64,000 nt of DNA from positions 124,001-188,000 of the IMG/VR virus record IMGVR_UViG_3300017991_000048. One strand, 5' to 3'. Below, one piece after another: positions 9,078 to 18,354 of the stretch. The notes under the pieces were generated by a model. The model was not told the origin of the DNA. It worked only from the letters and a program-made list of their open reading frames with translations, and did no database searches. Position 1 is the first letter of the stretch. Every line of letters starts with the position of its first letter. Both the position numbers and the translations under genes were made by a program.

Positions 9078-9376
9078 TGGCGTTTGAAATGATCAGCTTC
9101 AAAATACCAAAGACAATCATTGTCTTTGGCGAAAAAGGGAAAGTTGTACCTCGTGGAGATCGTAACTGGACCATCGAACTCCCATTGAATAACACGGAGG
9201 TTTGTGTGCAACTTTCAGACCCTACGCTTGGTTGTGCTGGACAATATATCGCCAGCTTTGGCATGTGGCGTGGGTATAAATCTTCGTTTACCAAATCGGT
9301 ACGTGCTTTGGAAGCTCAGATGTTGAGGTCTTTCAAAATCCTCGGTGGTCTTATGGGATACGACGTGGAGGATTAG
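9077..9376 (+). CDS. hypothetical protein, paralog of 34197..34544
   Basis: Shares IPKTIxVxGxK, W-x-I, DPxxG and F...V..LE..M.R....LG with 34197..34544. Confidence 0.6.
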   Translation: MAFEMISFKIPKTIIVFGEKGKVVPRGDRNWTIELPLNNTEVCVQLSDPTLGCAGQYIASFGMWRGYKSSFTKSVRALEAQMLRSFKILGGLMGYDVED

Positions 9377-9991
9377 ATGACTTTTCCAAAAATGAGTGAA
9401 GTCCTGGCTGAGGGAACGAAAGGTGATGTGACAATAGAGCACTTCACGGTTTCTGATGAAGAATCTCAATTCACAGCTTTGCGTGGCGGAATGGGATACG
9501 TACCCGCTGGAGATTATGTCAGGCTACTCATTTCTGGTGCTGTAGTGATGAGTGACACTCGAATGGAACAGTTCACCAACTATGACGTGCTGCGTGAGTC
9601 CAAGGGGCGTGTGTTCATTGCCGGGTTGGGCCTGGGCATGATCTGTCACGGCATCGCGGCTAAACCTGAAGTGTCAAAGATTACTGTTCTCGAACTGAAT
9701 GAGAACGTAATCGATCTTGTGGCCCCGTCCCTGCCTGAGAAGGTAGAGGTCAATCAAGGGGATATTTTTGAGTACAAGCCCGGTCGGTGGGAGCAGTTTG
9801 ACACCATTTACTTTGATGTCTGGAATGATATCTGTACCGACAACCTTCCTCAAATGGGTAAGCTGTTTCGACGTTTTCGGAAACATTTGGCACCTAATGG
9901 TTGGATGGACTGCTGGTGCCGAGATTACCTGAAAAAACAACGTCGTAAGGAGCTACAGCAAGAACGTGAGTTGTCTGCTTGGAGACTGTGA
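9377..9991 (+). CDS. class I SAM-dependent methyltransferase / spermidine-synthase-like fold
   Basis: RVFIAGLGLG (motif I), VLELNENVIDLV, GDIF, FDTIYFDVW. Confidence 0.75.
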   Translation: MTFPKMSEVLAEGTKGDVTIEHFTVSDEESQFTALRGGMGYVPAGDYVRLLISGAVVMSDTRMEQFTNYDVLRESKGRVFIAGLGLGMICHGIAAKPEVSKITVLELNENVIDLVAPSLPEKVEVNQGDIFEYKPGRWEQFDTIYFDVWNDICTDNLPQMGKLFRRFRKHLAPNGWMDCWCRDYLKKQRRKELQQERELSAWRL

Positions 9992-9998
9992 TAAGTAA

Positions 9999-10442
9999 AT
10001 GACACAAGGAGTACCGCCATTAGAAGAAGTCTTGCAGCAAGACTTCGAGCAGCAAGAGGACAAGGATCTTTGGGATCACCTCGTAAATAGACACGACGGG
10101 TTTCTTTATCGGTACGAGGAAAGGCGCTATGTGGACCAGCCCATAGAAATCGAGCTACGGAAACTACGAGTGCTCAAACAAACGGCCAAAGGGATCTGGA
10201 TTCAAGATTGGTATCACAAAAAAGGAAAAAGGTTTGTACTGTTCAATTCTCGGAAGAAGTACGCTTGTCTAACAGAAGAGGAAGCGCTTGAGTCTTTCAA
10301 AGCACGTAAAAGCAGGCAGGTCAAAATATTACGAAAGCAGTTGAACTGTGCTGAGGTCGCATTAAGTATAGCCAAAGGCGAAACACCTAATGGACAGGCG
10401 TTCGCATTACCGCCCGTCTGTTTCCGGGAGGAAGAAACATGA
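9999..10442 (+). CDS. hypothetical protein
   Basis: AAGGAG-rich operon context; contains DLWDHL; ATGA overlap with next gene. Confidence 0.55.
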   Translation: MTQGVPPLEEVLQQDFEQQEDKDLWDHLVNRHDGFLYRYEERRYVDQPIEIELRKLRVLKQTAKGIWIQDWYHKKGKRFVLFNSRKKYACLTEEEALESFKARKSRQVKILRKQLNCAEVALSIAKGETPNGQAFALPPVCFREEET

Positions 10443-11578
10443 ATCAAAAGATACTGTTTGTAGGCGGCACATTCGATAAGACCGGCGGGAAGCCTTCCAA
10501 GATTGTTAGACAACTTGCATATGGCTTATACGAAACCGTCAATGGCGGGTCAGTCGCAGAACTGCGTGATCTGGTCAAGTCCTTTGATGACTATACACCC
10601 CCGACCTGCCACTGCCGTGCTCTCCGTCCTACTTATGATGCTATAATTTGGATGCCTAATATTTCCAACGATGAGGAAAAGCTGTTACCAAAGATTAAAA
10701 AGAAGTCGCCGCATACTGTTCTCATAAGTTCAAAGAGGAACACGCAAAACAAGTACTCCTATGTTGAGCTTGTTGACCGGGCGCTCAAATCCAAGTCACA
10801 GTTGCTTATAGAGATTTCCGACTCGGACAGTGGCTTGCGTTTCAGACTCGTCGATCCCTTGGGCAATGTGTCCAGGATCTTTTTCAAAGGGGAGCTACAA
10901 GATTTCAGAGACATGTTATATGAGAAGATTCAATTCTTATTAAGGATGAAACGAATTGGATCAGGGAATGATGCGGGATACTCTCATATTGATCCACCAG
11001 ACAAACCCCAGATCGATAGTAAGTTTTTGGAAGCCATCACGGGCTACGCTGACAAGTTCCATGATCTTATCCACGGAGAGAATGAAAACCCAAGGTTCAT
11101 GGGCAACGTTTCATTCCGTTGCACCAAAGGCGGTTTTCCTTCACAACGGAACGGAGATGCAATCTACGTCAGCAGGAGAAATGTTGACAAACGAAGCTTA
11201 GACGCTGAGAGCTTTGTAGCGGTAGCCCCCCATAAGATATGTGAGCGGTGGGGAGGTATTTTGTATTGGGGTGAGCATAAACCCTCTGTGGATACGCCGA
11301 TTCAGATTCAATTGTACGACGCTTTCCCCAAGATCAATTATATGCTTCACGCTCACGTTTATTACAAGGGTGCCACCATGACAAATCGATACGTGCCTTG
11401 TGGAGATACCCGTGAGGTGGCTGAAGTCGTGAACGTAGTGCCCAACCCCAAGGTTCGAGCGAAGTTTGCCGTAAACCTCAAAGGCCACGGGTGCTTGATC
11501 GCCAGTGCCAAGGTCAAGGATTTGCTCAACCTGGAAGATAAGTTCTACGCCAGACCGACACCGGAAGAGACATTATAA
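10439..11578 (+). CDS. class II aldolase/adducin-domain protein
   Basis: GNVSFR, KPSVDTPIQ, LHAH, NLKGHG metal-binding pattern. Confidence 0.75.
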   Translation: MNQKILFVGGTFDKTGGKPSKIVRQLAYGLYETVNGGSVAELRDLVKSFDDYTPPTCHCRALRPTYDAIIWMPNISNDEEKLLPKIKKKSPHTVLISSKRNTQNKYSYVELVDRALKSKSQLLIEISDSDSGLRFRLVDPLGNVSRIFFKGELQDFRDMLYEKIQFLLRMKRIGSGNDAGYSHIDPPDKPQIDSKFLEAITGYADKFHDLIHGENENPRFMGNVSFRCTKGGFPSQRNGDAIYVSRRNVDKRSLDAESFVAVAPHKICERWGGILYWGEHKPSVDTPIQIQLYDAFPKINYMLHAHVYYKGATMTNRYVPCGDTREVAEVVNVVPNPKVRAKFAVNLKGHGCLIASAKVKDLLNLEDKFYARPTPEETL

Positions 11579-11833
11579 ATGGCAAGCCTGGAAGCATACA
11601 AAGGCTTGTTAAAGCGTATCAAATGGCTGGCTGACGGGAACCCAGATCCAGATGAGTTCTTACAGTCTGTGCGGGGCGCTTTTGAGGATGATGAAAACGG
11701 AGTTTGGGAAGGTCTAATTGAACCGTCGCACAGAAATATAGTTCTGGAAGCGGCTATCGCTGAGATCAATTACCTAAAAGCTGAGATCGACCGGCTCAAA
11801 GAAAGATTAGCGGGAGTGCAATCTATAGACTAA
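11579..11833 (+). CDS. hypothetical protein
   Basis: Abuts upstream stop; coiled-coil C-terminus. Confidence 0.5.
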   Translation: MASLEAYKGLLKRIKWLADGNPDPDEFLQSVRGAFEDDENGVWEGLIEPSHRNIVLEAAIAEINYLKAEIDRLKERLAGVQSID

Positions 11834-12010
11834 TGTAGTTGTAAAAGGCCCACCGGTTGTTCTTACAAGAGTGTACCCATCGTTTTCTAGTTTCAGCTTC
11901 TTGCGCTCAGCTTTTTTAATACTCCCGGTATCATTCCAGTCCACCTTGACCAGTACTTCCTTAGCCGCTTGTTTCGCAAGAGCATTTTCAAACGCTTTTC
12001 TGGGATTCAT
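11807..12010 (-). CDS. small hypothetical protein
   Basis: GGAGG SD before ATG 12010. Confidence 0.5.
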   Translation of the reverse strand: MNPRKAFENALAKQAAKEVLVKVDWNDTGSIKKAERKKLKLENDGYTLVRTTGGPFTTTLVYRLHSR

Positions 12011-12021
12011 TTTGCCTCCAA

Positions 12022-12408
12022 TTACCGAAGCCGCCTCTTCAGTTCCTTTTTGATTTCCCTGGCTTCCGGACCTTTGAACCCACGGGCATTGGCTAGAAAA
12101 TAAGCCACAATCGAAGCGCCGGGGTCCATTCCATACATTGCATCATTTGGGTCCATTACGTTCAAGCTGTACATGGCTTGCAAGTAAGGCTTGGCACCGA
12201 AGTACACATTTCGCCAGAGGTCTGAAATCTCGTGGGCTATCTCAGAGAGGGTCATATGCCGGTAGTCCGATTGTGCTGTGCGAACGCGGTCAGCCAAAGC
12301 CATAAGCTTGGAAGCGATTTTTTCCCGACTGGGATGGGAGCTTTCAGCGTATCGGAGTAATGTTTGTAGCTCGTGAGCTAATTCTTCAGGTGTGGCTAGC
12401 TTTCTCAT
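12022..12408 (-). CDS. phage protein with shared 45-aa N-terminal leader
   Basis: Leader MRKLATPEELAHELQTLLRYA...LADRVRTA is homologous to the 12470 N-terminus; C-terminal domain EIAHEISDLWRNVYFGAKPYLQAM...YFLANA..FKG resembles a conserved small phage protein. Confidence 0.65.
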   Translation of the reverse strand: MRKLATPEELAHELQTLLRYAESSHPSREKIASKLMALADRVRTAQSDYRHMTLSEIAHEISDLWRNVYFGAKPYLQAMYSLNVMDPNDAMYGMDPGASIVAYFLANARGFKGPEAREIKKELKRRLR

Positions 12409-12469
12409 AGTCTGTTCCGTTCCTTTCACCAGCGTTTGTATCAAAAAAATACTTGTAAGCTGATAAGAT

Positions 12470-13183
12470 ATGGACAAAATTGCATCCCCCCGTGATTTGG
12501 CTTCAGAGCTAAAGAAACTTTTGGGTTACGCCGGTAGCCAATCTCCCAGTCGGGTCAAATTGGCAAACGATCTTCTGAGCTTAGCCAACCGTGTGGCTGT
12601 CGAAGGCCAGCACTGGAATTATTGGGATAAAAGCGCCCCTAGAACGCCGTGGGGGAGAGCGGATGCGGCTTACAATTTGGCAAGGGGCGTCACTTTTTAC
12701 GGTACGCCCTCCCACGGTGGTCTGAAAGTGTCAAGAGGGGCCGCAAGAAGTAAACTATCTCCAGCGGCAATAAAACAAGCGGATCAGTGGGGCGGAGCGT
12801 ATTGGTACGAAGAGGATGTGGCTATTGCGATCCCGTTATATGAAGTTCCCGAATGGAGGGAGCAGGCACGTCGAAAGATGGGCATGAAAAGTGAGTCAGA
12901 GCACAGTTTGGAACGAACAATCGAGAGATACTTTCCTGAATACTTCAAGCTCAAAGAAGAGAAGTACGAGTTGCCGCCTACCCCCAAAGTTGGCGAGATT
13001 TGGCAGTTTACCAAACCAGTTCAGTTCGGGTCTGGGTATGAGTTTGAAAAAGGCGACACCATTAGAATCTGGCGAGCTACTTCAGCAGGCGCTATCCAAT
13101 TCACGGCTGATCAGTACGGGCCAGTAAAGTTTAGACTGAGAGCATCGCAAGCCGACTACATCGAGCCATACAAGGGCAGGTAA
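12470..13183 (+). CDS. DUF7007-like protein with shared N-terminal leader
   Basis: Leader MDKIASPRDLASELKKLLGYA...LANRVA; core TPWG...GV.FYGTPSHGG..VS...WYEED. Confidence 0.6.
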   Translation: MDKIASPRDLASELKKLLGYAGSQSPSRVKLANDLLSLANRVAVEGQHWNYWDKSAPRTPWGRADAAYNLARGVTFYGTPSHGGLKVSRGAARSKLSPAAIKQADQWGGAYWYEEDVAIAIPLYEVPEWREQARRKMGMKSESEHSLERTIERYFPEYFKLKEEKYELPPTPKVGEIWQFTKPVQFGSGYEFEKGDTIRIWRATSAGAIQFTADQYGPVKFRLRASQADYIEPYKGR

Positions 13184-13217
13184 AGATCATCTAATCACCT
13201 CTCTTAGTACGGAGGGC

Positions 13218-13805
13218 GTGATTATGAGTGCCAGTTACGACAAACTCATGGCCGAAATGAAGGAGGAATTTCCTAAATTTCGGATTGTCGAGAAAAAAGA
13301 CAGCTTCCTGATGAAGGTCATCAACGTCTTTCTGAAAGTCATAACTTTCGGAAAAATGCGGACTTTTATGACCCGTTTCATTACCACTGTTCTCTATACG
13401 GTTTATGTGCCGCCCAACTGGGACGATACGGATAGGGTGGGCGTCCTCAAACATGAACGGGTACACATGAGGCAGATGCGTAAGTATGGCGTCATTTGGT
13501 TCGCTTTCTCTTATCTGTTTCTGTGGACGCCAGCCGTATTTGCTCGTTTCAGAAGAGTTTATGAGCAAGAGGCATATGAAGAAAGCATGAGACACGACGC
13601 GGCTGACCATGGAATCGAATCCATTGAGGAACCCGCGTATCGAAATCACACGATCAACCATTTCACTTCCGCTCAGTACTTCTGGACGTGGCCGTTTCGG
13701 AAGTCGATAGAGAAGTGGTACGACAGCACAGCACAACGAATCAGATTAGAGATGGGTCTTCCCCTTAAGGACAATAAACAACAGGAGCATAACAATGGCG
13801 GTTAA
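13218..13805 (+). CDS. HExxH zincin-like protein (DUF4157-like)
   Basis: VLKHERVHMRQ plus YEQEAY; GGAGG SD. Confidence 0.65.
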   Translation: MIMSASYDKLMAEMKEEFPKFRIVEKKDSFLMKVINVFLKVITFGKMRTFMTRFITTVLYTVYVPPNWDDTDRVGVLKHERVHMRQMRKYGVIWFAFSYLFLWTPAVFARFRRVYEQEAYEESMRHDAADHGIESIEEPAYRNHTINHFTSAQYFWTWPFRKSIEKWYDSTAQRIRLEMGLPLKDNKQQEHNNGG

Positions 13806-14082
13806 ACCCGGAACACCAGTATACATCATAATGAAAGCCAGAGGCGTTGCATCACCTAATGTGGTGTCAGCTTTGGCAAAAATACTAAAGGCAAGACGAG
13901 TAAAAGCCCATAAGAACATCTTAAATCTTGACCAGCCCAAAGAAAAACAGAGACAAATGATAAAGACTAGGTTTCAAACTATTGAGAAAAACCTAGAAAA
14001 ATGGTTGTTCGAAACCGGCTTTTCGTCTGCAAACGCAGAAACCATGATCAAGAGAGCAAAGGCCGAGTTGTCCCAGAAATAG
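13795..14082 (+). CDS. basic hypothetical protein
   Basis: AGGAG SD; 95 aa. Confidence 0.5.
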   Translation: MAVKPGTPVYIIMKARGVASPNVVSALAKILKARRVKAHKNILNLDQPKEKQRQMIKTRFQTIEKNLEKWLFETGFSSANAETMIKRAKAELSQK

Positions 14083-14093
14083 TGGTGTAATAG
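14083..14093 (+). promoter_or_regulatory. putative phage promoter TGGTGTAATAG
   Basis: 5 nt before ATG 14099. Confidence 0.6.
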
Positions 14094-14098
14094 ATGGA

Positions 14099-14764
14099 AT
14101 GCTTGGCATTCCCAACCATCTTATCCCTGATCGACTCGCTCGTGAGTTAGAAACCCACGACTTTATATGCGGATCAGACGAAGCCGGGTATGGAGCGTGG
14201 GCTGGACCTCTTGTGGTTTGCGCTGTAGTCGTACCTCGAACTTGGCTGTTAGAGGGCCTGACTGATTCTAAAAAGCTGTCCGCAACTGTGCGGGAACGTC
14301 TCTATGCCACTCTGGTCAAGACAGTTCCCCACTATATGGTAGAGGTGACTCCGGAAGAGATTGACGCGGAAGGAGTAGGGAAGGCTTGGCCCAAGGCTCA
14401 CGAAAAGGCTATTCAAGGGGCTCTGGACGCCCACAAAGGCGAGCAGCCCCTTGTCATCGTGGACGGGAACAGGAGCTTTTCAGGGGCCACTGCGCTGCCC
14501 AAAGCCGACTTACTGATTCCAGCGGTTTCCGCTGCTTCTGTCCTGGCCAAAGTCCACCGGGACCGAATTATGAGGGAAATGGACCTGGAATATCCGGGGT
14601 ACGCTTTCAAGAGCCATGTAGGCTATGGCACACAGAAACACAGAGCAGCATTGGAGCGTCTTGGTGTAACTCCGATCCATCGGAAAAGCTACTCCCCCAT
14701 TTCCAGTATGGTGGTAAACCCTGAAGCCCCAGACATTATGGAGTTGTTAGATAGCCTTGAATGA
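14099..14764 (+). CDS. rnhB: ribonuclease HII
   Basis: GSDEAGYGAWAGPLVV, LTDSKKL, IVDGN, KAD...SAASVLAKVHRD, HVGYGT..H, IHRKSY. Confidence 0.95.
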   Translation: MLGIPNHLIPDRLARELETHDFICGSDEAGYGAWAGPLVVCAVVVPRTWLLEGLTDSKKLSATVRERLYATLVKTVPHYMVEVTPEEIDAEGVGKAWPKAHEKAIQGALDAHKGEQPLVIVDGNRSFSGATALPKADLLIPAVSAASVLAKVHRDRIMREMDLEYPGYAFKSHVGYGTQKHRAALERLGVTPIHRKSYSPISSMVVNPEAPDIMELLDSLE

Positions 14765-15021
14765 TGACCCCGGAAGAAATCAAAGAAACGTTGGCCGAGT
14801 GTAATCCTGATGCTCTTCTGGCTGACGGATTCGACGATGCCTTGATAGGAATCGCCCAGAGGTGCGGACAGCCAGTTCTGGCTGTCTATGACATCGACAA
14901 GTGTGTTGACGTGCTAATGAAGCGTGATGCAATGACCTATGAAGAGGCGCGGGAATACCTGGAGTTCAATTCAATCGGGGCGTGGGTGGGGGAGCACACT
15001 CCCATATGGTTGGAGCGGTGA
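14761..15021 (+). CDS. conserved phage hypothetical protein
   Basis: ADGFDDALIG...VYD..K...MTYEEAREYLEFN..GAWVGEHTP. Confidence 0.7.
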   Translation: MMTPEEIKETLAECNPDALLADGFDDALIGIAQRCGQPVLAVYDIDKCVDVLMKRDAMTYEEAREYLEFNSIGAWVGEHTPIWLER

Positions 15022-15983
15022 AAGAGCGAACTTCACCCTTTCTCAAGTGGGTTGGGGGTAAGAGCCAACTGCTCCATGTTCTCTCCCGTCTCATAGCCAA
15101 AAAGAGCCTGACCTACTACGAGCCGTTCTTAGGCGGAGGGGCTATATTCTTCCATTTTGCCGACCGGCGTCGGTTCCGGAAAGCCGTTCTCAATGACAGC
15201 AACCCGGAGCTTATTAACTGTTATGAGGTCGTAAAAGACCGTCTCCCAGAGCTTCTCCAAAGGTTGGACACTTTCAAACAGGATTCCGATTGGAACACCA
15301 AACCTTACTTTGAACACATCCGGGCTCAGAGACTTTCTGATCCCGTGGAACAGGCTGCTCGTACTGTCTATTTGAACCGTACTTGCTTCAATGGCCTTTA
15401 TCGGACCAACCGGGCTGGTGAGTTCAACGCTCCTTTTGGGAAATACGACAACCCTCAACTTTACAATCTGGTAAACATTACAGCCTGTTCAGAGACTTTA
15501 CAACGCTTTGCCACATTACGGGTTGGAGACTTCTCTGAAGCTGTGGCAGACGCTCAAGCCGGTGACTTGGTTTACTTTGACCCTCCGTATGTTCCGTTGT
15601 CTAAGACCTCTAGCTTTACCTCGTACACAGGGGAGTTTGGGGTAGATCAACAAATATCCTTGGCCCAACTCTTCCAGGAACTGTTCGATCGCGGTGTTAT
15701 TGTCGTCCAGTCAAACTCCGATACCCCGTTCGTGCGGGAATTGTACGAGGCTTTTGACCTACATGTAGTAGAAGCCAAAAGGAGTGTGAACTCCAAAGGC
15801 GACAAGAGGGGAGAGGTCGATGAGCTTGTAATAGTAGGGCAGCCAAAGGATCTAAAAATCGACGTGGCTGCCGTATCATACGGCCCTGACGTTTTCCCTT
15901 TGGAGTGTGCTGACTGCGGGACTCTATACAGTTCCGCAGAAATTGTTTGTGTTGAATGTGGTTCGGCAGACGTTAAGGAATGA
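15018..15983 (+). CDS. dam: DNA adenine methyltransferase (Dam/D12 class) with C-terminal Zn ribbon
   Basis: FLKWVGGK, YYEPFLGGG, LNDSN, CFNGLYR.N, YFDPPY, SNS; terminal CADC/CVEC; GTGA overlap start. Confidence 0.92.
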   Translation: MKERTSPFLKWVGGKSQLLHVLSRLIAKKSLTYYEPFLGGGAIFFHFADRRRFRKAVLNDSNPELINCYEVVKDRLPELLQRLDTFKQDSDWNTKPYFEHIRAQRLSDPVEQAARTVYLNRTCFNGLYRTNRAGEFNAPFGKYDNPQLYNLVNITACSETLQRFATLRVGDFSEAVADAQAGDLVYFDPPYVPLSKTSSFTSYTGEFGVDQQISLAQLFQELFDRGVIVVQSNSDTPFVRELYEAFDLHVVEAKRSVNSKGDKRGEVDELVIVGQPKDLKIDVAAVSYGPDVFPLECADCGTLYSSAEIVCVECGSADVKE

Positions 15984-17699
15984 TCACGGAAACATCACTT
16001 CACACTCAAGCAACAGATCGGCACCTTTGTTGAAAGACTTAACCTTGGCTTTGAACCCGGACACTCCCCTGGTGTTCTTCTTTATGGAAGCTTCCATGAC
16101 CTTTTCAACAGCTTGACGGGCTTTACGAGCAGCGGTGGCGTCCTCAGAAGCTCCTTCGATGGTCAGATAAACAATGGGACCGGAGCCTGCTTTTGCGTCA
16201 GAGGAATAGCCCTCAACTTCAACTTTCTCAATTTCTTTTGCAAGGCTACGCATCCACTTTGCAAGCCACCCTTTATCTTTTTCCATTTCCGCCATTTGTG
16301 CCTCCAAATACCGATTGACAATCTGTTGGGCTGCGGTCTTTTTAGCCGCTGCTTTCGCTTGCCACCTCTGATAGTACTGCTTTTGTTGTGCCCACGGCAA
16401 CGACCGAACCTTGACCTGGGGAAACTGTTTCCGAGACTTTGGGTTGGGGTTCGGAACCATGCTATCCCCAACTTCACGAAGGAACCGCATCCGAGTTTTG
16501 TCTTTGTCAGGTTCTTTCTTCTTCGGCTCTTTCTCCGGTTCTGCCTTTTCCTTCGGCTTCTCTTTCTTTTTCTTGGGAGTCGCTCCTGTAGCTCTTTGGT
16601 GCGCCTCTTCATTCATGCTCTTCACAGCCGTGGCAATATCTCCCTCTTCCGGTTTCTTGGGCAAGCCGCTTAATGCATGACCGTATGAGGTAGGCTTATT
16701 TAGTTTATAAGGGGAAATAGCGTAAAGGATCTTATTGATCTCTTTTGTCGCTTTCTCTTTTTCATCTTCGGACATACCCGCGAGCTTGTTCATCAGGTCT
16801 TTGGCCTTGGCCCGAAGCTTACTGGCTTCTTCGGGCTTGTCGTGCGGCGGTCCTTTACGATAGTGGACGAAGTTATCGGGGGATGCTGATTGAATATCCT
16901 TCAGGGCCTCTTCATTTTTCTCGTACCAGTTAGAAATATCAAACTGGTCCACCATCCGTTTTCCCCGGACCTTGCCACGGGAAAGGTTAGATAGCTCCGT
17001 GTCAGCCTGTTCCGGGTGAAGGAAAATGACTGTAACCTCGTACCCGTTAGATTTGGCGTTATCGATCTGGCCTTTGAAGTCTTGAGCGTCAATATCTTCA
17101 CCAGCCGAGTCAACAATCAGTAAATCCTTGACCTTTTCTATCTTACTGCTAACCGACTCTTCAAACCGGTGACGGGCCTCATCTTTATAACGTTCTTTTG
17201 GTTTGCCCGTCTCTTCGTTCTTTTCTTTAGGATCATCATGCCAGCCACGCATGGACACATAGAAATCTTTGTTGGTTTTTCCGAAAAACTCATCGAAGTC
17301 ATCAGGGAAATCATCATGCCCTACGACTTTACTTAACTCTATACGCTCTCCGTCCTTGGTTTCATACCAGTGATCTGCCAACGCTTTCTTGAAAGTATCC
17401 TTGCCTTTTTCGTGGGCTTCTTTGAGAGCGTCAAAGTGTTTCTGAGCCTCTTCAAACTGGATAGCTCGCAAATGGTTATCTGACTCATCCTGCTCAGGAC
17501 GTTCTGGGATGTCCTCTTCTGTCAGTAAAGGGTTGCCTTCATCATCCACGAGCATCTGTGGCAACTTCCATCCGAACTTGGGTGGCGGCTCCCCTAAAAA
17601 GAAGCCTTTACCCGCTGCCGGTGGTCCCATCATTACCACCATTCGCTTCTTATCGCTTTTGGCGTTTAGATAACGAGCTATGATTCGCTGCCTATTCAT
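15984..17699 (-). CDS. P-loop kinase (zeta-toxin/AAA_33-like) multidomain protein with two RY tags
   Basis: VVMMGPPAAGKG, LIVDSAG, GYEVTVIFL, lid NLSRGKVRGKR; tags RIIARYLNA (N-terminal) and QIVNRYLEA (internal). Confidence 0.65.
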   Translation of the reverse strand: MNRQRIIARYLNAKSDKKRMVVMMGPPAAGKGFFLGEPPPKFGWKLPQMLVDDEGNPLLTEEDIPERPEQDESDNHLRAIQFEEAQKHFDALKEAHEKGKDTFKKALADHWYETKDGERIELSKVVGHDDFPDDFDEFFGKTNKDFYVSMRGWHDDPKEKNEETGKPKERYKDEARHRFEESVSSKIEKVKDLLIVDSAGEDIDAQDFKGQIDNAKSNGYEVTVIFLHPEQADTELSNLSRGKVRGKRMVDQFDISNWYEKNEEALKDIQSASPDNFVHYRKGPPHDKPEEASKLRAKAKDLMNKLAGMSEDEKEKATKEINKILYAISPYKLNKPTSYGHALSGLPKKPEEGDIATAVKSMNEEAHQRATGATPKKKKEKPKEKAEPEKEPKKKEPDKDKTRMRFLREVGDSMVPNPNPKSRKQFPQVKVRSLPWAQQKQYYQRWQAKAAAKKTAAQQIVNRYLEAQMAEMEKDKGWLAKWMRSLAKEIEKVEVEGYSSDAKAGSGPIVYLTIEGASEDATAARKARQAVEKVMEASIKKNTRGVSGFKAKVKSFNKGADLLLECEVMFP

Positions 17700-18351
17700 A
17701 TTGCTCCTTAAGTGCCTTTGCTCTCACCGCTCTATTAAGAACCTTACGAGTATCGTTGATGAGCTTATCAGGGTAATCAGGATCATCACCCATTTCAGCT
17801 TTCAGATCCTTGCCAAAAACTTCAACCTTCTTGGCAAGTGAACGAAGATGATCTCTTAAAGTGTTCTTCAATATTGGCTTTCCTTCGTCCCATGCCTTGA
17901 TTTGGGCTATTGTCCAGTCAATACCAAAAAACCCAGTCGTACCTTTGTCGAAATAGTGCCCCAAGTTAAATGATGTGAGCAAGGGGATAACCCGCTCTTC
18001 AAACTTTTCTAGTAGTTGACGAGTGTCTACTAATACAGCGGGGAGAGGTCCCATGTTAGCCTCTCCTTCGATCTTCAGTGTTGCCTTTACTTTAACAGAC
18101 CCGTCTCTATCCATGGTAAGAGACCCCTCTCCTGCAACTTTGCGCCCGTCTGTTGTGGCCATCTCAAGGGTAAAAGACCCTTTAGATTTCGGCTTGCACT
18201 TAATACTCCCTTTGGGTTCAGTGTTGTGCTTGTTCAATCTGAGCCACATGAGAATTTCATTACGAAAAGGCAAAAATTCATCGAATTCTATGCTGTCCTC
18301 TGTCGGCAGACCAGCGAAGCGTGTGACAACTCGATTTGTAATATCAGGCAT
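17692..18351 (-). CDS. hypothetical protein with N-terminal RVVTRF tag
   Basis: MPDITNRVVTRFAG; GAGGTG SD. Confidence 0.6.
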   Translation of the reverse strand: MPDITNRVVTRFAGLPTEDSIEFDEFLPFRNEILMWLRLNKHNTEPKGSIKCKPKSKGSFTLEMATTDGRKVAGEGSLTMDRDGSVKVKATLKIEGEANMGPLPAVLVDTRQLLEKFEERVIPLLTSFNLGHYFDKGTTGFFGIDWTIAQIKAWDEGKPILKNTLRDHLRSLAKKVEVFGKDLKAEMGDDPDYPDKLINDTRKVLNRAVRAKALKEQYE

Positions 18352-18354
18352 CGT

